From positions 22,541 to 86,540 of IMG/VR virus record IMGVR_UViG_3300032246_002986: 64,000 bases of DNA. One strand, 5' to 3'. The translations under genes and the position numbers were made by a program. The stretch is from a virus. Position 1 is the stretch's first letter; the number at the start of each line of letters is the position of its first letter. Positions 9,482-20,100 of this stretch are shown here, piece by piece. The notes beneath the pieces were generated by a model, which was given only the letters and a program-made list of their open reading frames with translations, did not search any database and was not told the DNA's origin.

Positions 9482-10866
9482 CTGACGCCAACAACCACTT
9501 GTATTAATTGTATGCTGTTGTCTTCTATGCTTTCCAAGGCCTTGCCTAGTATGCATCCTGGCACATATTTTTTGGGGTCCATTCTTTGACCAACTCCGGG
9601 ATTAGTGCTTGTGACGATACAATCACCTTGAGCTACAGGACCTTGCACATTAACGGGGACCTTGCCGGTTAGTGCTATGGGTAGTCCTGCGCTTTCCCCG
9701 TTGTCATTCATCAAGAATGCAGGGTAATCACTGAGCACCCCAGCTACTCTGGGATCGTATTCTTTGTCGGTCATCTCCACTTCCGCTTGTCCACCGAATA
9801 CCACGATTGCGTAGGGATGCAAGGGACTGCTGGGACGATAACATTCGGCCAAATCGGCGTATTTTGCTGTGGTACTAGTACCATAAAAATTTATACCGTA
9901 GATGCTATTAAAGCTGCTGGTTGTGCTACCAATGTTTGCAGTTACATTGCTTAATGGCACAACGCTATTTGCCACACGATAATTTGTAGCATACATATCA
10001 CCAAACATAGTACTGGCTGTACCTATACTCTGGCTGTTGTTGCTACTAGGAACAACTGCGCCAGCCATTGTTAGACCAGTAAGTGTGCCTAAACTTGTTA
10101 TGTTGCCCTGTGCTGCACGACTAACGGCAACCGCAGTTCCTAACAAATCACTATTAATTGCGCTGCTGACAGTCAAACCGGTCAATGTGCCTACGCTTGT
10201 CACATATGGTTGGTTATTTTGTGTCAATGTACCATACAGATTGGTACCTGATCCGCCAAAGATAGTGCTATTGACATTGAAACCAGGTTTAACAGTGCTA
10301 AATCCAGTGGTGTTGATGGGCGGACTAGCCGGTGTGAATTCCACATCCTTGCTGATGATAGCAGTGAGGATACCGTTGGCATACATAGCCAACACTACTC
10401 TGGGAGTACCATTGCTATCTATGATATCCAGCGGACGAGCTTGTGTCTCTTGTTGTGTGGTAGTATATACTGGACCAACTGTCTGCCACGCACTACCTGT
10501 GTATATTTTCAGCTGATTGTCGTTGGATTTATACCAAAGATCGCCCTGTGTCAGGCTATAGGTGGGCGCACTGCTGTCACTGTAGATGGTAGTGATGTTG
10601 CGCCACTGTGTACCAGTGTATACCAACAGGTAACCGTTGTGGATAGTCCCGTCCAGGCCTGTGGGATTGTAATAAATCTGCCCTTGCTGGGGGTTGCTGG
10701 GTCTGCTGGTACCAGCAAAATTTGTCATTATACTGACTAGATTTTGTTGCATCAACTCCCCATAATTTGGGTAGTTTTTACCAATCAAAACAAGACTGGT
10801 CGTGGTATTTCTTTCACCTGTACCAATCGAAAATGTGCCACTGGGTGCAACTATATTATATGACAT
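9478..10866 (-). CDS. Tail fibre/spike protein with shared N-terminal anchor and C-terminal autoproteolytic chaperone-like (peptidase G2-like) domain
   Basis: SLVLIGKNYPNYGE...NFA anchor; GDLWY motif; C-terminal YADLAECY...VAGVLS..PAFLMN...IALTGKVPVNVQGPVAQGD. Confidence 0.7.
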   Translation of the reverse strand: MSYNIVAPSGTFSIGTGERNTTTSLVLIGKNYPNYGELMQQNLVSIMTNFAGTSRPSNPQQGQIYYNPTGLDGTIHNGYLLVYTGTQWRNITTIYSDSSAPTYSLTQGDLWYKSNDNQLKIYTGSAWQTVGPVYTTTQQETQARPLDIIDSNGTPRVVLAMYANGILTAIISKDVEFTPASPPINTTGFSTVKPGFNVNSTIFGGSGTNLYGTLTQNNQPYVTSVGTLTGLTVSSAINSDLLGTAVAVSRAAQGNITSLGTLTGLTMAGAVVPSSNNSQSIGTASTMFGDMYATNYRVANSVVPLSNVTANIGSTTSSFNSIYGINFYGTSTTAKYADLAECYRPSSPLHPYAIVVFGGQAEVEMTDKEYDPRVAGVLSDYPAFLMNDNGESAGLPIALTGKVPVNVQGPVAQGDCIVTSTNPGVGQRMDPKKYVPGCILGKALESIEDNSIQLIQVVVGVR

Positions 10867-10886
10867 GATCTCACCTTATACAAGTA

Positions 10887-10893
10887 TATTTAT
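10887..10893 (-). promoter_or_regulatory. T4-like late promoter box (ATAAATA)
   Basis: About 20 nt upstream of ATG 10866. Confidence 0.6.
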
Positions 10894-12290
10894 TATACAC
10901 GACCAACTACTACTTCTATAACTTTTATAGTGTTTTCCAGATGATCTTCCAGACTTTTTCCTATTACACAACCAGGACAGTAAGAAATAGCGTCCATTCC
11001 TTGCCCTACTCCGGCAGTGCCGCTTGTGACGATTTGCTGGCCTTTCTGGACCGGTCCCCATACAGCGCAAGGCACACGCCCCTGTAGTGCTATAGCCAGG
11101 TATGTTTCATCGTCGTTTTCGTTCATAAGATAAGCAGGATTGGTACTCACTACGCCGGCCACTCTAGTATCGTGGCTCATATCCGTGGTAGTTATCTCTG
11201 CGGTACCACCAAATACTACTATGGTACCTGGAGGATAGTGCTGATCTGCTTTATATCTTTCAGCCAAATCTCCATATCTTGCAGTAGTACTGGTACCAAC
11301 GAAACTGACGCCGTATACAGTGGACCAATAGGCAGTGGCATTGCCCAGCGTGATACTGTTGTTGCTGCTGGGTATGACCTGACCAGCTGATGTCAGCCCA
11401 GTCAAATTGCCCACGCTGGTGATGTTGGTTTGAGCAGCGGTACTGATAGTTCCCGTAAGTGTTGCACCAGTATTGCCTATCAATGATGCGTTGATTGTAG
11501 CCGCATACAATGTGCCGTTGACATTGGCTGTGCTGAATGTGCCAGTATTGGCTGTGTTAGCGCCAATGGCGCCGGTGAAATAACCTGTAAGTTGACCACC
11601 CGAACTTGTTGTGACACTTGTAGCTACCACACTGTTAGGTGTGTTGGCACCCAGTGCACCAGTTAGATATCCATTGACCTGACCGCCCGAACTTATGATA
11701 AGGTTGGCGGCTTGTGCCGTGCCGGTGGTTAAAATCGTACTGGTTAGAGTAAGGTTCGCCCCACTGAAAGTTGTGCCTGCGTTACCTATAGTCGCTGCAT
11801 TTAGTGTTCCGGCAGTCAGTGTACCGTTTACTTGTGTGCTGCCAGTTGTGATACTGGTGAATGATCCAGTGTTGGCTATGTTGGCGCCGACTGCACCGTT
11901 AAGATAACCGTTAACTCGACCACCGTTACTGGCATAGAGATTAGATGCAGTAAAGCTACTTGTAGCTGTTATGGTACTAGCAGTGATACTGGTGTTTACA
12001 ACTAAACTACTTAGATGCCCGTAGACTGTCTGCCAGGTAGTACCGTCCCAGACGCACAGGTAATTGTTGACATTATCCCACCACACTTGTCCAGTTATGG
12101 GGTTGGCTGGGCCTGGGAAAGGACTGCTGAAATTTTCCAGCAGATACACGAAATTTTCGTTCAATGCTGTGCCATAAGTGGCATAGTTCTTGCCTATTAG
12201 CGTGAGGCTAGTTAAGGACGTGTCAATACTGTTGTCGTTCACTGTGCCCAGAGTAACTGTTTGGGCGTAATTCTTTATCGTATAGGCCAT
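10893..12290 (-). CDS. Tail fibre/spike protein, paralogue of 9478..10866
   Basis: SLTLIGKNYATYG...LLENFS anchor; internal GG(R/Q)(V/L)xGYxxGAxGAN repeats; C-terminal YGDLAERY...IALQGRVPCAVWGPV. Confidence 0.7.
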   Translation of the reverse strand: MAYTIKNYAQTVTLGTVNDNSIDTSLTSLTLIGKNYATYGTALNENFVYLLENFSSPFPGPANPITGQVWWDNVNNYLCVWDGTTWQTVYGHLSSLVVNTSITASTITATSSFTASNLYASNGGRVNGYLNGAVGANIANTGSFTSITTGSTQVNGTLTAGTLNAATIGNAGTTFSGANLTLTSTILTTGTAQAANLIISSGGQVNGYLTGALGANTPNSVVATSVTTSSGGQLTGYFTGAIGANTANTGTFSTANVNGTLYAATINASLIGNTGATLTGTISTAAQTNITSVGNLTGLTSAGQVIPSSNNSITLGNATAYWSTVYGVSFVGTSTTARYGDLAERYKADQHYPPGTIVVFGGTAEITTTDMSHDTRVAGVVSTNPAYLMNENDDETYLAIALQGRVPCAVWGPVQKGQQIVTSGTAGVGQGMDAISYCPGCVIGKSLEDHLENTIKVIEVVVGRV

Positions 12291-12310
12291 TGCTATCCAC
12301 CGGTTAATAA

Positions 12311-12317
12311 TATTTAT
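12311..12317 (-). promoter_or_regulatory. T4-like late promoter box (ATAAATA)
   Basis: About 20 nt upstream of ATG 12290. Confidence 0.6.
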
Positions 12318-12340
12318 CTAGGATGGAAAAATGATATTTT

Positions 12341-13459
12341 TTAATCTAAGCCGGTGCCGCTGCCGTCCGTGCCTGTTGCACCCGTACCACCAGTTCCATT
12401 GGGGTCGCCGGTGCCCGAATCATTTCCCGTGTCTATCACAGGACAAGGATCTGGCACATACACACGTGGAGCGTGTGTGGTCGCAGGGCAAGCTGTGTAA
12501 CCCATATAAGTGCTGTAACTAAGTTGAGTGAACAGGCAATTAAGGCCGGTCTTGTATCTTCCGGAATTGTCCGGATTGGCCACATAATATCCCGGACCGT
12601 TTTCTATGTACGGACCCTGATTTTGTATAGGTCCTGCACCCAACGGGTTCCTGGGACCAGATCCCACACCAGGAAATATTGCTGCTCCACATATACCCAT
12701 GCTTATGGTGTCGCTGAATATTCCACCATAACCCCAAGCACGGGCCACAGGTCTGGCAGTATATCCGTCCCATTCCACTTCATAAATGTGTTGGAAACTG
12801 GTATCGGTAGTTCCAGCATCCCACTTGACCAATGCCGCTTCATTCTGAAAAAAACTGAAATTTTCAGGAAAAACTCTGCCAGTCAACTGTTCTCTACCGT
12901 CGTATCTTAATCCTGTATTTCCAGCGCCAAAACTTATAGCATCCGAATACGGATGGGGTATATTGTAAGGCACATTATATACGCCGCTGGCATTGGGTAA
13001 GAGATAATGTGAGATATAATTTGCAGGTCTGCCTATCTGCAGATATACTTCCACCACTTGATTGACTGATAAGTTGTTGGTAAAAAATCCCGGGCTATCC
13101 TTGCCATAATTATCAGGTGTACCGAAATATACTGGTATCACTACCCAGGTTCCCGCAGCAGGCCTATCCAATGCTTCGAACACATCCATGGGTATACCTG
13201 GTAGATAATATGTGTTGACACCAGGACACTGGCGTTGTTGGCCTATTATCTGTACAATTCCTGTTCCGCAAGCGAAGGGCGGTGTGAATCTTTTACCATA
13301 GAAATACTCGAAATTTAACGTATTCTGAATGAATCTACCATAACCACCGTCATCTGTCCACCAATTCTGGTAGTAATAGGATCCTAGATCCGATCCATAA
13401 CTGTGCGGTTCGTCAATGATATCTTGGAAACTGAGCACACCGCTTGTTTTAATTGTCAT
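12341..13459 (-). CDS. Putative fibre-tip/adhesin-like virion protein
   Basis: Overlaps the S74 fibre gene; MTIKTSGVLSFQDI start; Gly/Pro/aromatic-rich with GT-rich C-tail. Confidence 0.5.
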   Translation of the reverse strand: MTIKTSGVLSFQDIIDEPHSYGSDLGSYYYQNWWTDDGGYGRFIQNTLNFEYFYGKRFTPPFACGTGIVQIIGQQRQCPGVNTYYLPGIPMDVFEALDRPAAGTWVVIPVYFGTPDNYGKDSPGFFTNNLSVNQVVEVYLQIGRPANYISHYLLPNASGVYNVPYNIPHPYSDAISFGAGNTGLRYDGREQLTGRVFPENFSFFQNEAALVKWDAGTTDTSFQHIYEVEWDGYTARPVARAWGYGGIFSDTISMGICGAAIFPGVGSGPRNPLGAGPIQNQGPYIENGPGYYVANPDNSGRYKTGLNCLFTQLSYSTYMGYTACPATTHAPRVYVPDPCPVIDTGNDSGTGDPNGTGGTGATGTDGSGTGLD

Positions 13460-15467
13460 TTAGCTTATCCTGCAGGATGGCTACCTTTTCATTCAGCGTT
13501 TTGATAGCTTCTATCAACAGCGGAACGATCTTTTCGTAATCCACTGCCAGTTTGCCATTAGTTCGTTCCACCACCGCTTCAGGAAGGATGTTCTGTATTT
13601 CTTGTGCTATCACACCCACATCGTGTTTACGGATAAAATGGCCATCTTCGCCGCCATGGTATGTCAAATATTCGTCTGACCAATCGAACTCCACTCCGTT
13701 TATCTGGCATACTTTAGCCAGTGCATCTGGAATTTTAACGATATTTTCTTTCAGTGTTTTGTCGCTGGCAGTAAAGCTGAAAATGTTATCTGCTGCACGA
13801 ATGGTTCCTGGTGCTCCGCTAGATGTGTTTGCTGCCAGAGCAGAACCTGCTATGCCGCTGCTGCTGTTGATATTGCCGCCAGCAGTGATGCCGTTAACCA
13901 CGGTGATGCTATTACCAACGTTCAATCTTTTGGTTATGCCTACACCACCGTAAAAAAGACTGGGGCCGCTGGAATAACTGGTACTATCTGATGTGCTGCT
14001 TACACCCAATGTGGCTGTGGTTACATATCCTGTGGTAAGGAGATTGGTAACACCAGTATAACCGCCTGATGTTATTAAATTTAGATTGTTGGTGCCCACG
14101 ATACTATCACTACCACCAAAAATACTAACATTGCCGCTTACAAGTGCAGGAGTGTATACCGCCGTATTGGCATAAAGGTTGGTAGAGCTGGGTATGCTCC
14201 AAGCACCATTCGTATATACCAAACGATCAGTATTATTGACCACTACAGCAAGACCATTTCCGTCGGTCCTGCCTTGGATGGCACTGTTTCCAGTTGTGCC
14301 TTTGAAATAAATGGTGCTGGTTCCATTCAATTTTTCGTTGCCATTGACTGTGAGCACTTCACTGCTGTCGGTAGTAGCTATGCTCACTTGTGTAGCATCT
14401 ATGTTATTGGCGCTGAGAGTGTCGCTCACTGCCACATTTGCCACATTGACATTCGCTGCAATCGTGGCACTGTCGGACAATGTTATGCTGGAGAACGATG
14501 CAGCACCGGTGACACTCAACGTGCTCTGTAATGCCGCGGCACCTGAAATGCTTAAGGTGCCCGTACCTGTTATGTTTTGGGAATTTAAATTCACACTCTC
14601 CACTGTACTGATGAATTTAACATAGCCGTTGGAAAAGATTTTTTGTGCCAAGATGTTGTTACCAATACTGTTGGTCACATTCACATTGATGTTACTACCG
14701 GCAGTATTATTGGTGAGGGTTGTGTAGGTGCTCGTTGTAGCTACAGATAATGTATTGTTGTTTCCCAGATTTACTGTGTTTTTAAAATTTTGCACACCAT
14801 AGAAATTATTGTTTACATCCAGACGAGCATAATTTGCAGCAACCACATTGCCCAACTGTTCTGAATTGGTGGCACTACCATCGAAATTATAACCTATGGC
14901 ATTGTTTATGCCCGGTTTCAGACTGATGAAACCTGCGATGCCAGGTTCAGGATAAAAAGTATCATTAGCGATTATACTGACCAACACGTTATGGTTGTAA
15001 ATTTTCGTTACCACATAGCTGTTGTTGTTTATATCTGCCAGGGTATCTACTTCGAAACCGCTTTTTTGTTGTGCAGAACTATAAATGGGGCTGATTATAC
15101 GGTAACTGGCTGTGTTTTCATCATAATACTTCAGCTGCTGCGTGTTGCTGTCATACCAGAAATCTCCGGTTTTGTTTGTGGTAGGGGCCACCGTGCTGTT
15201 GACAACATTGTTCAATGTCCTGAAATTAGCATCATATACTTTAAGTTGTCTGTGTGTTGTATCGAACCATAATTGCCCAGTCTGGGGATGTAATGGACTA
15301 TCACTGTTAGCGAAATTTTCCATCAGTTTCACAAAACTTTCTGCGATGATCTCGCTGTAAGCTGTGTAACCTATGCCAACTAATTGCAAGCTGGTGTCAT
15401 TATTCAAACTGCCGTCCTGGACGGTAGTGACTAGATTATTTGATGAATTTCTTACGCTATAGCTCAT
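13449..15467 (-). CDS. Tail fibre with C-terminal intramolecular chaperone (peptidase S74-like)
   Basis: Shared anchor SLQLVGIGY...LMENFA; C-terminal SDKTLKENI...VGVIAQEI...VDYEKIVPLLIEAIK. Confidence 0.8.
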   Translation of the reverse strand: MSYSVRNSSNNLVTTVQDGSLNNDTSLQLVGIGYTAYSEIIAESFVKLMENFANSDSPLHPQTGQLWFDTTHRQLKVYDANFRTLNNVVNSTVAPTTNKTGDFWYDSNTQQLKYYDENTASYRIISPIYSSAQQKSGFEVDTLADINNNSYVVTKIYNHNVLVSIIANDTFYPEPGIAGFISLKPGINNAIGYNFDGSATNSEQLGNVVAANYARLDVNNNFYGVQNFKNTVNLGNNNTLSVATTSTYTTLTNNTAGSNINVNVTNSIGNNILAQKIFSNGYVKFISTVESVNLNSQNITGTGTLSISGAAALQSTLSVTGAASFSSITLSDSATIAANVNVANVAVSDTLSANNIDATQVSIATTDSSEVLTVNGNEKLNGTSTIYFKGTTGNSAIQGRTDGNGLAVVVNNTDRLVYTNGAWSIPSSTNLYANTAVYTPALVSGNVSIFGGSDSIVGTNNLNLITSGGYTGVTNLLTTGYVTTATLGVSSTSDSTSYSSGPSLFYGGVGITKRLNVGNSITVVNGITAGGNINSSSGIAGSALAANTSSGAPGTIRAADNIFSFTASDKTLKENIVKIPDALAKVCQINGVEFDWSDEYLTYHGGEDGHFIRKHDVGVIAQEIQNILPEAVVERTNGKLAVDYEKIVPLLIEAIKTLNEKVAILQDKLNDN

Positions 15468-15482
15468 TATGTTTCCCCTGAT

Positions 15483-15489
15483 TATTTAT
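15483..15489 (-). promoter_or_regulatory. T4-like late promoter box (ATAAATA)
   Basis: About 15 nt upstream of ATG 15467. Confidence 0.6.
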
Positions 15490-15493
15490 CAGG

Positions 15494-16414
15494 TTAACCT
15501 ACGAGACTGATGCTCATATTGCTGTATTTGTAATCTATGACGCCCAAGCTATCAGCACTCACTTCCATCTGTAGGATATCACCCTGATTGCAGGTCAATA
15601 ATCCAGTGGCAGTCATGGGAATACTGACAGAATTGGTATGATATGCACGACTCATTACAGGCGTAGCTGCTTGATTCTGGTACCAGACCACCTGTTGATT
15701 GGTGGCAGTATTATAACCCAAACTATAGACAGTACCAGAGACTTGATATACCCCAGCCACAGGACAAGTAAACACGCCTGTACTGGTATTGAAGTAGTTT
15801 CCAGTATTGATAGCAACTGTGCTGGGTTTCCAAGTTGTTAATTGGGTCAGTCCAGAGCCAGTTATCACTGAATTATATACATATCCACTACCGCTGAAGT
15901 TAGGATTGTATGGTACACTCATCAGTCCACTTGCCGACACTCTAAACACATTGTTACCACCAATCTGGACAATGAAGCTGTTGGTACCACTTATTTTGTT
16001 CAGTCCATCATTCGTGGTATTTGGCCCGATAGTGATCCACTGTAAAGTGTCATAAAATTTCAGCTGCTGATTGGCCAGGTCCCACCACAGGTCGTTCTGT
16101 TGGGCACTGGTAGGCGTGGTGCTGCTGTAAATGATATTGGCTAAACTTTGCCAGCTGTTGCTAGCAGTGCCAGCTCGATAGTATTTCAACTGGTGATTGT
16201 AATTGTCATACCAAAGTTGTCCCACCAATGGTGATAACGGAGCACTGACGTTGCTGAAATTCTGCAACATATAAACCAGATTCTGGTTTAATAATTGTCC
16301 ATAAGTGGGAAAGTTCTTGCCCACAAGAGTTAGACTTGTGCTGGTGGTATCTATAGTTCCATCTTGTACAGTAGCAAGGGCAGTACCGTCGCTGTTATTA
16401 ATAAAAAAGCTCAT
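15494..16414 (-). CDS. Short fibre protein with shared N-terminal anchor and C1q/TNF-like head
   Basis: SLTLVGKNFPTYG...LQNFS anchor; YFNTSTGVFTCPVAGVYQVS is a C1q-type motif. Confidence 0.7.
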   Translation of the reverse strand: MSFFINNSDGTALATVQDGTIDTTSTSLTLVGKNFPTYGQLLNQNLVYMLQNFSNVSAPLSPLVGQLWYDNYNHQLKYYRAGTASNSWQSLANIIYSSTTPTSAQQNDLWWDLANQQLKFYDTLQWITIGPNTTNDGLNKISGTNSFIVQIGGNNVFRVSASGLMSVPYNPNFSGSGYVYNSVITGSGLTQLTTWKPSTVAINTGNYFNTSTGVFTCPVAGVYQVSGTVYSLGYNTATNQQVVWYQNQAATPVMSRAYHTNSVSIPMTATGLLTCNQGDILQMEVSADSLGVIDYKYSNMSISLVG

Positions 16415-16419
16415 TTTTA

Positions 16420-17100
16420 TTATCCTTGGCTACTTAAATTGGTGAGAGTCTGGATTCTCACTGTGTAGTCTATCTGTATCAAACGATTCAAACTTTTCTG
16501 TATGGGATGGAAGACCACGTGAGTGATCAAATTTCCAGTATTGGGAGTTCCAGCCCAGCTTTTCAATCCCAGCTCGTCGAATACAAACTGATCATTGAAA
16601 TTGGTGGTGTTGTCGAACGCCTGCTGCTGACCAGGTTCGCCATAATCCAGGGTACAAGAGACGAATATATCGCTGTACACTGTACCCGTAACGTGGCGGA
16701 TTTCCAATTTGTTGCGTGTGGGATCCAGGTTGTAGGTGCTGTTGCTGTCCACGCTTTTGTAATATGTCTGGTTATACAAGCTGGCGCTGGAACCTGAAGT
16801 ATTAGTGGGCAGATAAGTTATCACTCCCGTGGGATCCACACTGGTTCCACCGTTGCCCAGTGCCAATTCGCTTATGAATCCATATCCAGTATTAGCTAAA
16901 CTTTGCGCCAGAGCATAACTGAAATTTTCATAATGGATGGCATTCCTTTTGTCCACAAACACTTCTCCAATATCAGGATCAAATATTTTAATGTGTCCTT
17001 GCACATATACGCCGGACTTTTCGTTGGTTTCAGACATTTTTTCTTTCCAAGATTGTTCTACTGGATTATTTATCTGCACTGTATCTTGTGGTTCATTCAT
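16420..17100 (-). CDS. Putative baseplate/virion structural protein
   Basis: GHIKIFD...DKRNAIHYEN, FVFDELGL, THVVFHPIQKSLNR; ATG abuts the stop of the giant gene; true start could be a downstream Met. Confidence 0.65.
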   Translation of the reverse strand: MNEPQDTVQINNPVEQSWKEKMSETNEKSGVYVQGHIKIFDPDIGEVFVDKRNAIHYENFSYALAQSLANTGYGFISELALGNGGTSVDPTGVITYLPTNTSGSSASLYNQTYYKSVDSNSTYNLDPTRNKLEIRHVTGTVYSDIFVSCTLDYGEPGQQQAFDNTTNFNDQFVFDELGLKSWAGTPNTGNLITHVVFHPIQKSLNRLIQIDYTVRIQTLTNLSSQG

Positions 17101-20100
17101 TTAACTGGTCCTTAGGAAAGCTGCCTGTGTTTTATTGCTGGTTAGAATACTTTCTCCAGGATTGACGAACATGACGCCCTGTGTAAACACGGATCCGTTT
17201 GCTATCAATCTGGTGTTATTGTAACCATTACTTAATAAAATATCCTTATCAGCTGTGATAATAGTGTCTTGGCTGTTGGGTATTTCCATGAAACTGCCGG
17301 TGTCTTGCACCAATGTGCCAGCTTGATGTACTGTGGCTGCACCTGTTCCAGCAGTGCCTCTGCGTAGATTACCCAATCTGTTGTTAATCCTATCGCTATA
17401 ACCATAGATTATACGTTCGCCATTTACAAATACTATACCAGGCAGGTTATTGCTGGCATCTGGATTTTGCAGCTTACTAACATCATCCACATACATCCAA
17501 GTATCGGTCAGATTCAGATCCTGTTTCAAGTAAGTGGTTTTATTAGGCTTGACTGCATAATATTTTGTGTTGTCTTGGATATCCTTGAATATTCTAAATT
17601 CCACAGCATTCTGTCTTGTATCGCTGGCAAATATTCTCACAACTATGGTGCTGTTGCTGCTTACACCCAGGTCGTCACTTAGGATCAATTTAGTGGGTGT
17701 CTGCAGATAATATTCACTATAGGGACTGAGATTATAACCACCAGTGGTGTTCGGATCTTTCAGTGTGATGTACAGCTGGTTGTAGTTGTACACAGGCACA
17801 GGCAGTGTGAAAGTGCTGTTGAGGATAGCAACAGTGTTGAGTTCGTTATCGAATGGACTTTCGAAACCGTTGTTATCGAAACCAAGATCTATCACGGTAG
17901 TGGTATTGGTGCTGCCACTGAATATTTTTGTATACAAACCGGTCACGTCGTGATTGCCCATTGTTACCGCTGTAACAACGTCATATTGGTTCAAAGTAAT
18001 CCTGTTACTTAGGATCAATGTGTTGTTACCGTAAATCCTGTAATCAGCACTGCTGTAATCTCCGATAGTTATTTTACTGTTCAATGCAGGCGCTGTGGTA
18101 AAGACCACGTCCACATACCAAGTGGTGACGCTGCCCACTGTGACACTACGTTTGTTCAAGGTGTAATCTATGGTGTCTACCTTGGTCACACCATCAACCA
18201 CTACTACGATATCGTCGCTTATCACTATGCTGTAATCTTTCACATAGCTGTCTGTAAGAGTGAAGGTGGTAGTGATGGCATCTCCGATGTAATAACTCTG
18301 TTGGCTGGGAATCAGATCATTCTGGTTCAGTCTGACGATAGTGTAGGCCCCAATGGGATCAACATATTCGGCAGGGTTGGACAGATAGAAAGTATAATCG
18401 CTGGCATAACTGGGGCTGCTGCTATTAACAACAAAGGTCTGCTCTGTTATCTCGGTATATGCTCGGGTTCCCAGTGCCAGATTGTACAAGTGTATCTGTA
18501 CAAAATCATTTTCCGCAGGAGGTGTATCGAATCTCACACTGAGAATTTTCCTACCATTTGTGAGTTTGTTCACCAACTGCCAGTTGTTGACTTTGGATCC
18601 ATTGACTTTGACATAAGCCTGTTGCACATCGCTCAGGACGTTGTCTGTAAGATCGAAATCAGTTTCTGCACCATCCGCATAGAGATTGAGATCATAAACT
18701 GGGTTCACACCAGTGCTGCCCAACATTATGAAATATAATCCATCGCCGTCTTGCGGGCTTGTTGTGAAATCTACGGTTTTATTATACCAATCTATGGTAA
18801 AATCGGTATTTTCAGCCTGGGGGTTGCCCTTTGGACCGCTATTATCGTTGAAAACCAATATCTTTTCGATGCCGCTCTGTGGCCAACTGACACCTGTGAC
18901 AGCAGGGTCGAAGCTGTAACTCAGCACGCCTTTGCTGGCACCAGTGCTGAACACTTTTATTTCTGGTCCGCCGCTTCCTGCTAGTGTCCTTACTTTGATA
19001 TCCAATGTATCGCTCATTATGCCAGGCACAAGTTCTTCAGGAGCGTGGCTGCTGTATGTGTCCACATATTCACCGCCCAGCACGATGATATCTTCTGGTC
19101 TCAACCCCAACTTGCTGTCGGTGTAACTACTGATGATGTTAGTGTCTTCTTCATAATTACCCGCAGTGTCATACACGCCACTGATATCTTTGGTTTGGAC
19201 ATCGTAAGTTTTTGTGTCGAAATTCACTATATCATAATTTGGTGTCGCAACAAACACAGGTCCCAGGACATTCACGCCGCCGTAATGGATACCGGTCATC
19301 AACTGAGCTAGATCTTTGCCTGCTTGTCCCAGGGTAGGGCTGTAGTAACTCCAGATCCTATCGCAAGCATTGTCCAACCATAGACCATTATATGCACTGA
19401 GATATTCCATATCGAATACATTTTTGCTAGTAAATACACTGGCAAGTTTATAATTGATGCTCAGTGTACCTGCAGATGCAGGTGCGGTGAAGAACACAAC
19501 ATTTGGACTATTAATATTATCACGTATGATAACATAGTCTATATTTTCAGTTAACGCGGTGCTGTTCAAAGTCACTATGATGTTATCATTGGTGACCAGT
19601 ATGCTGTTGGTGTTGTTTGTTTGATCTATGGGATAACTTGTCTTGACACTATCTGTAGTGTAGGTGGTCACTTTGTTTATTTCAGCAACATAACTTGCTC
19701 TATTATAGATGATGATATCGTGAGCATCATAATCTGTATAGGGATACCATACTTTTACTTTAAGTGGTAAAAACTTAGTGAAATCGAATTTTTCAGTGCT
19801 GGTATGGTTGGCAATAACCCTATATGGTTCAAAATTATTGACTACCACTGTATCTATGCTATATGTAGTATCTGCCTGCCAATCCTGTATATTATTGAAG
19901 TAGGTATAACGATCAAATTTGATCGTGGTGTCGAAACTACGTGCCACATTGTTACCTAGTATAGGCACTACTTTAGCGCCTGTGCCCAGACCATAGACCA
20001 CGACTTGAGCATAAGTGTAATCTTTGCCCATATTTGTTACATTGACGGTATAAACGCCACCGTTCAAGATCTCGACCGTGGCTGTGGCGCCTGTGCCATC

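Noticed and set aside
8499-16414. Diversity-generating retroelement or invertible cassette acting on fibres
   Set aside because: No reverse transcriptase or invertase in the window and no near-identical template/variable repeat pair noticed; similarity is at the protein level only.
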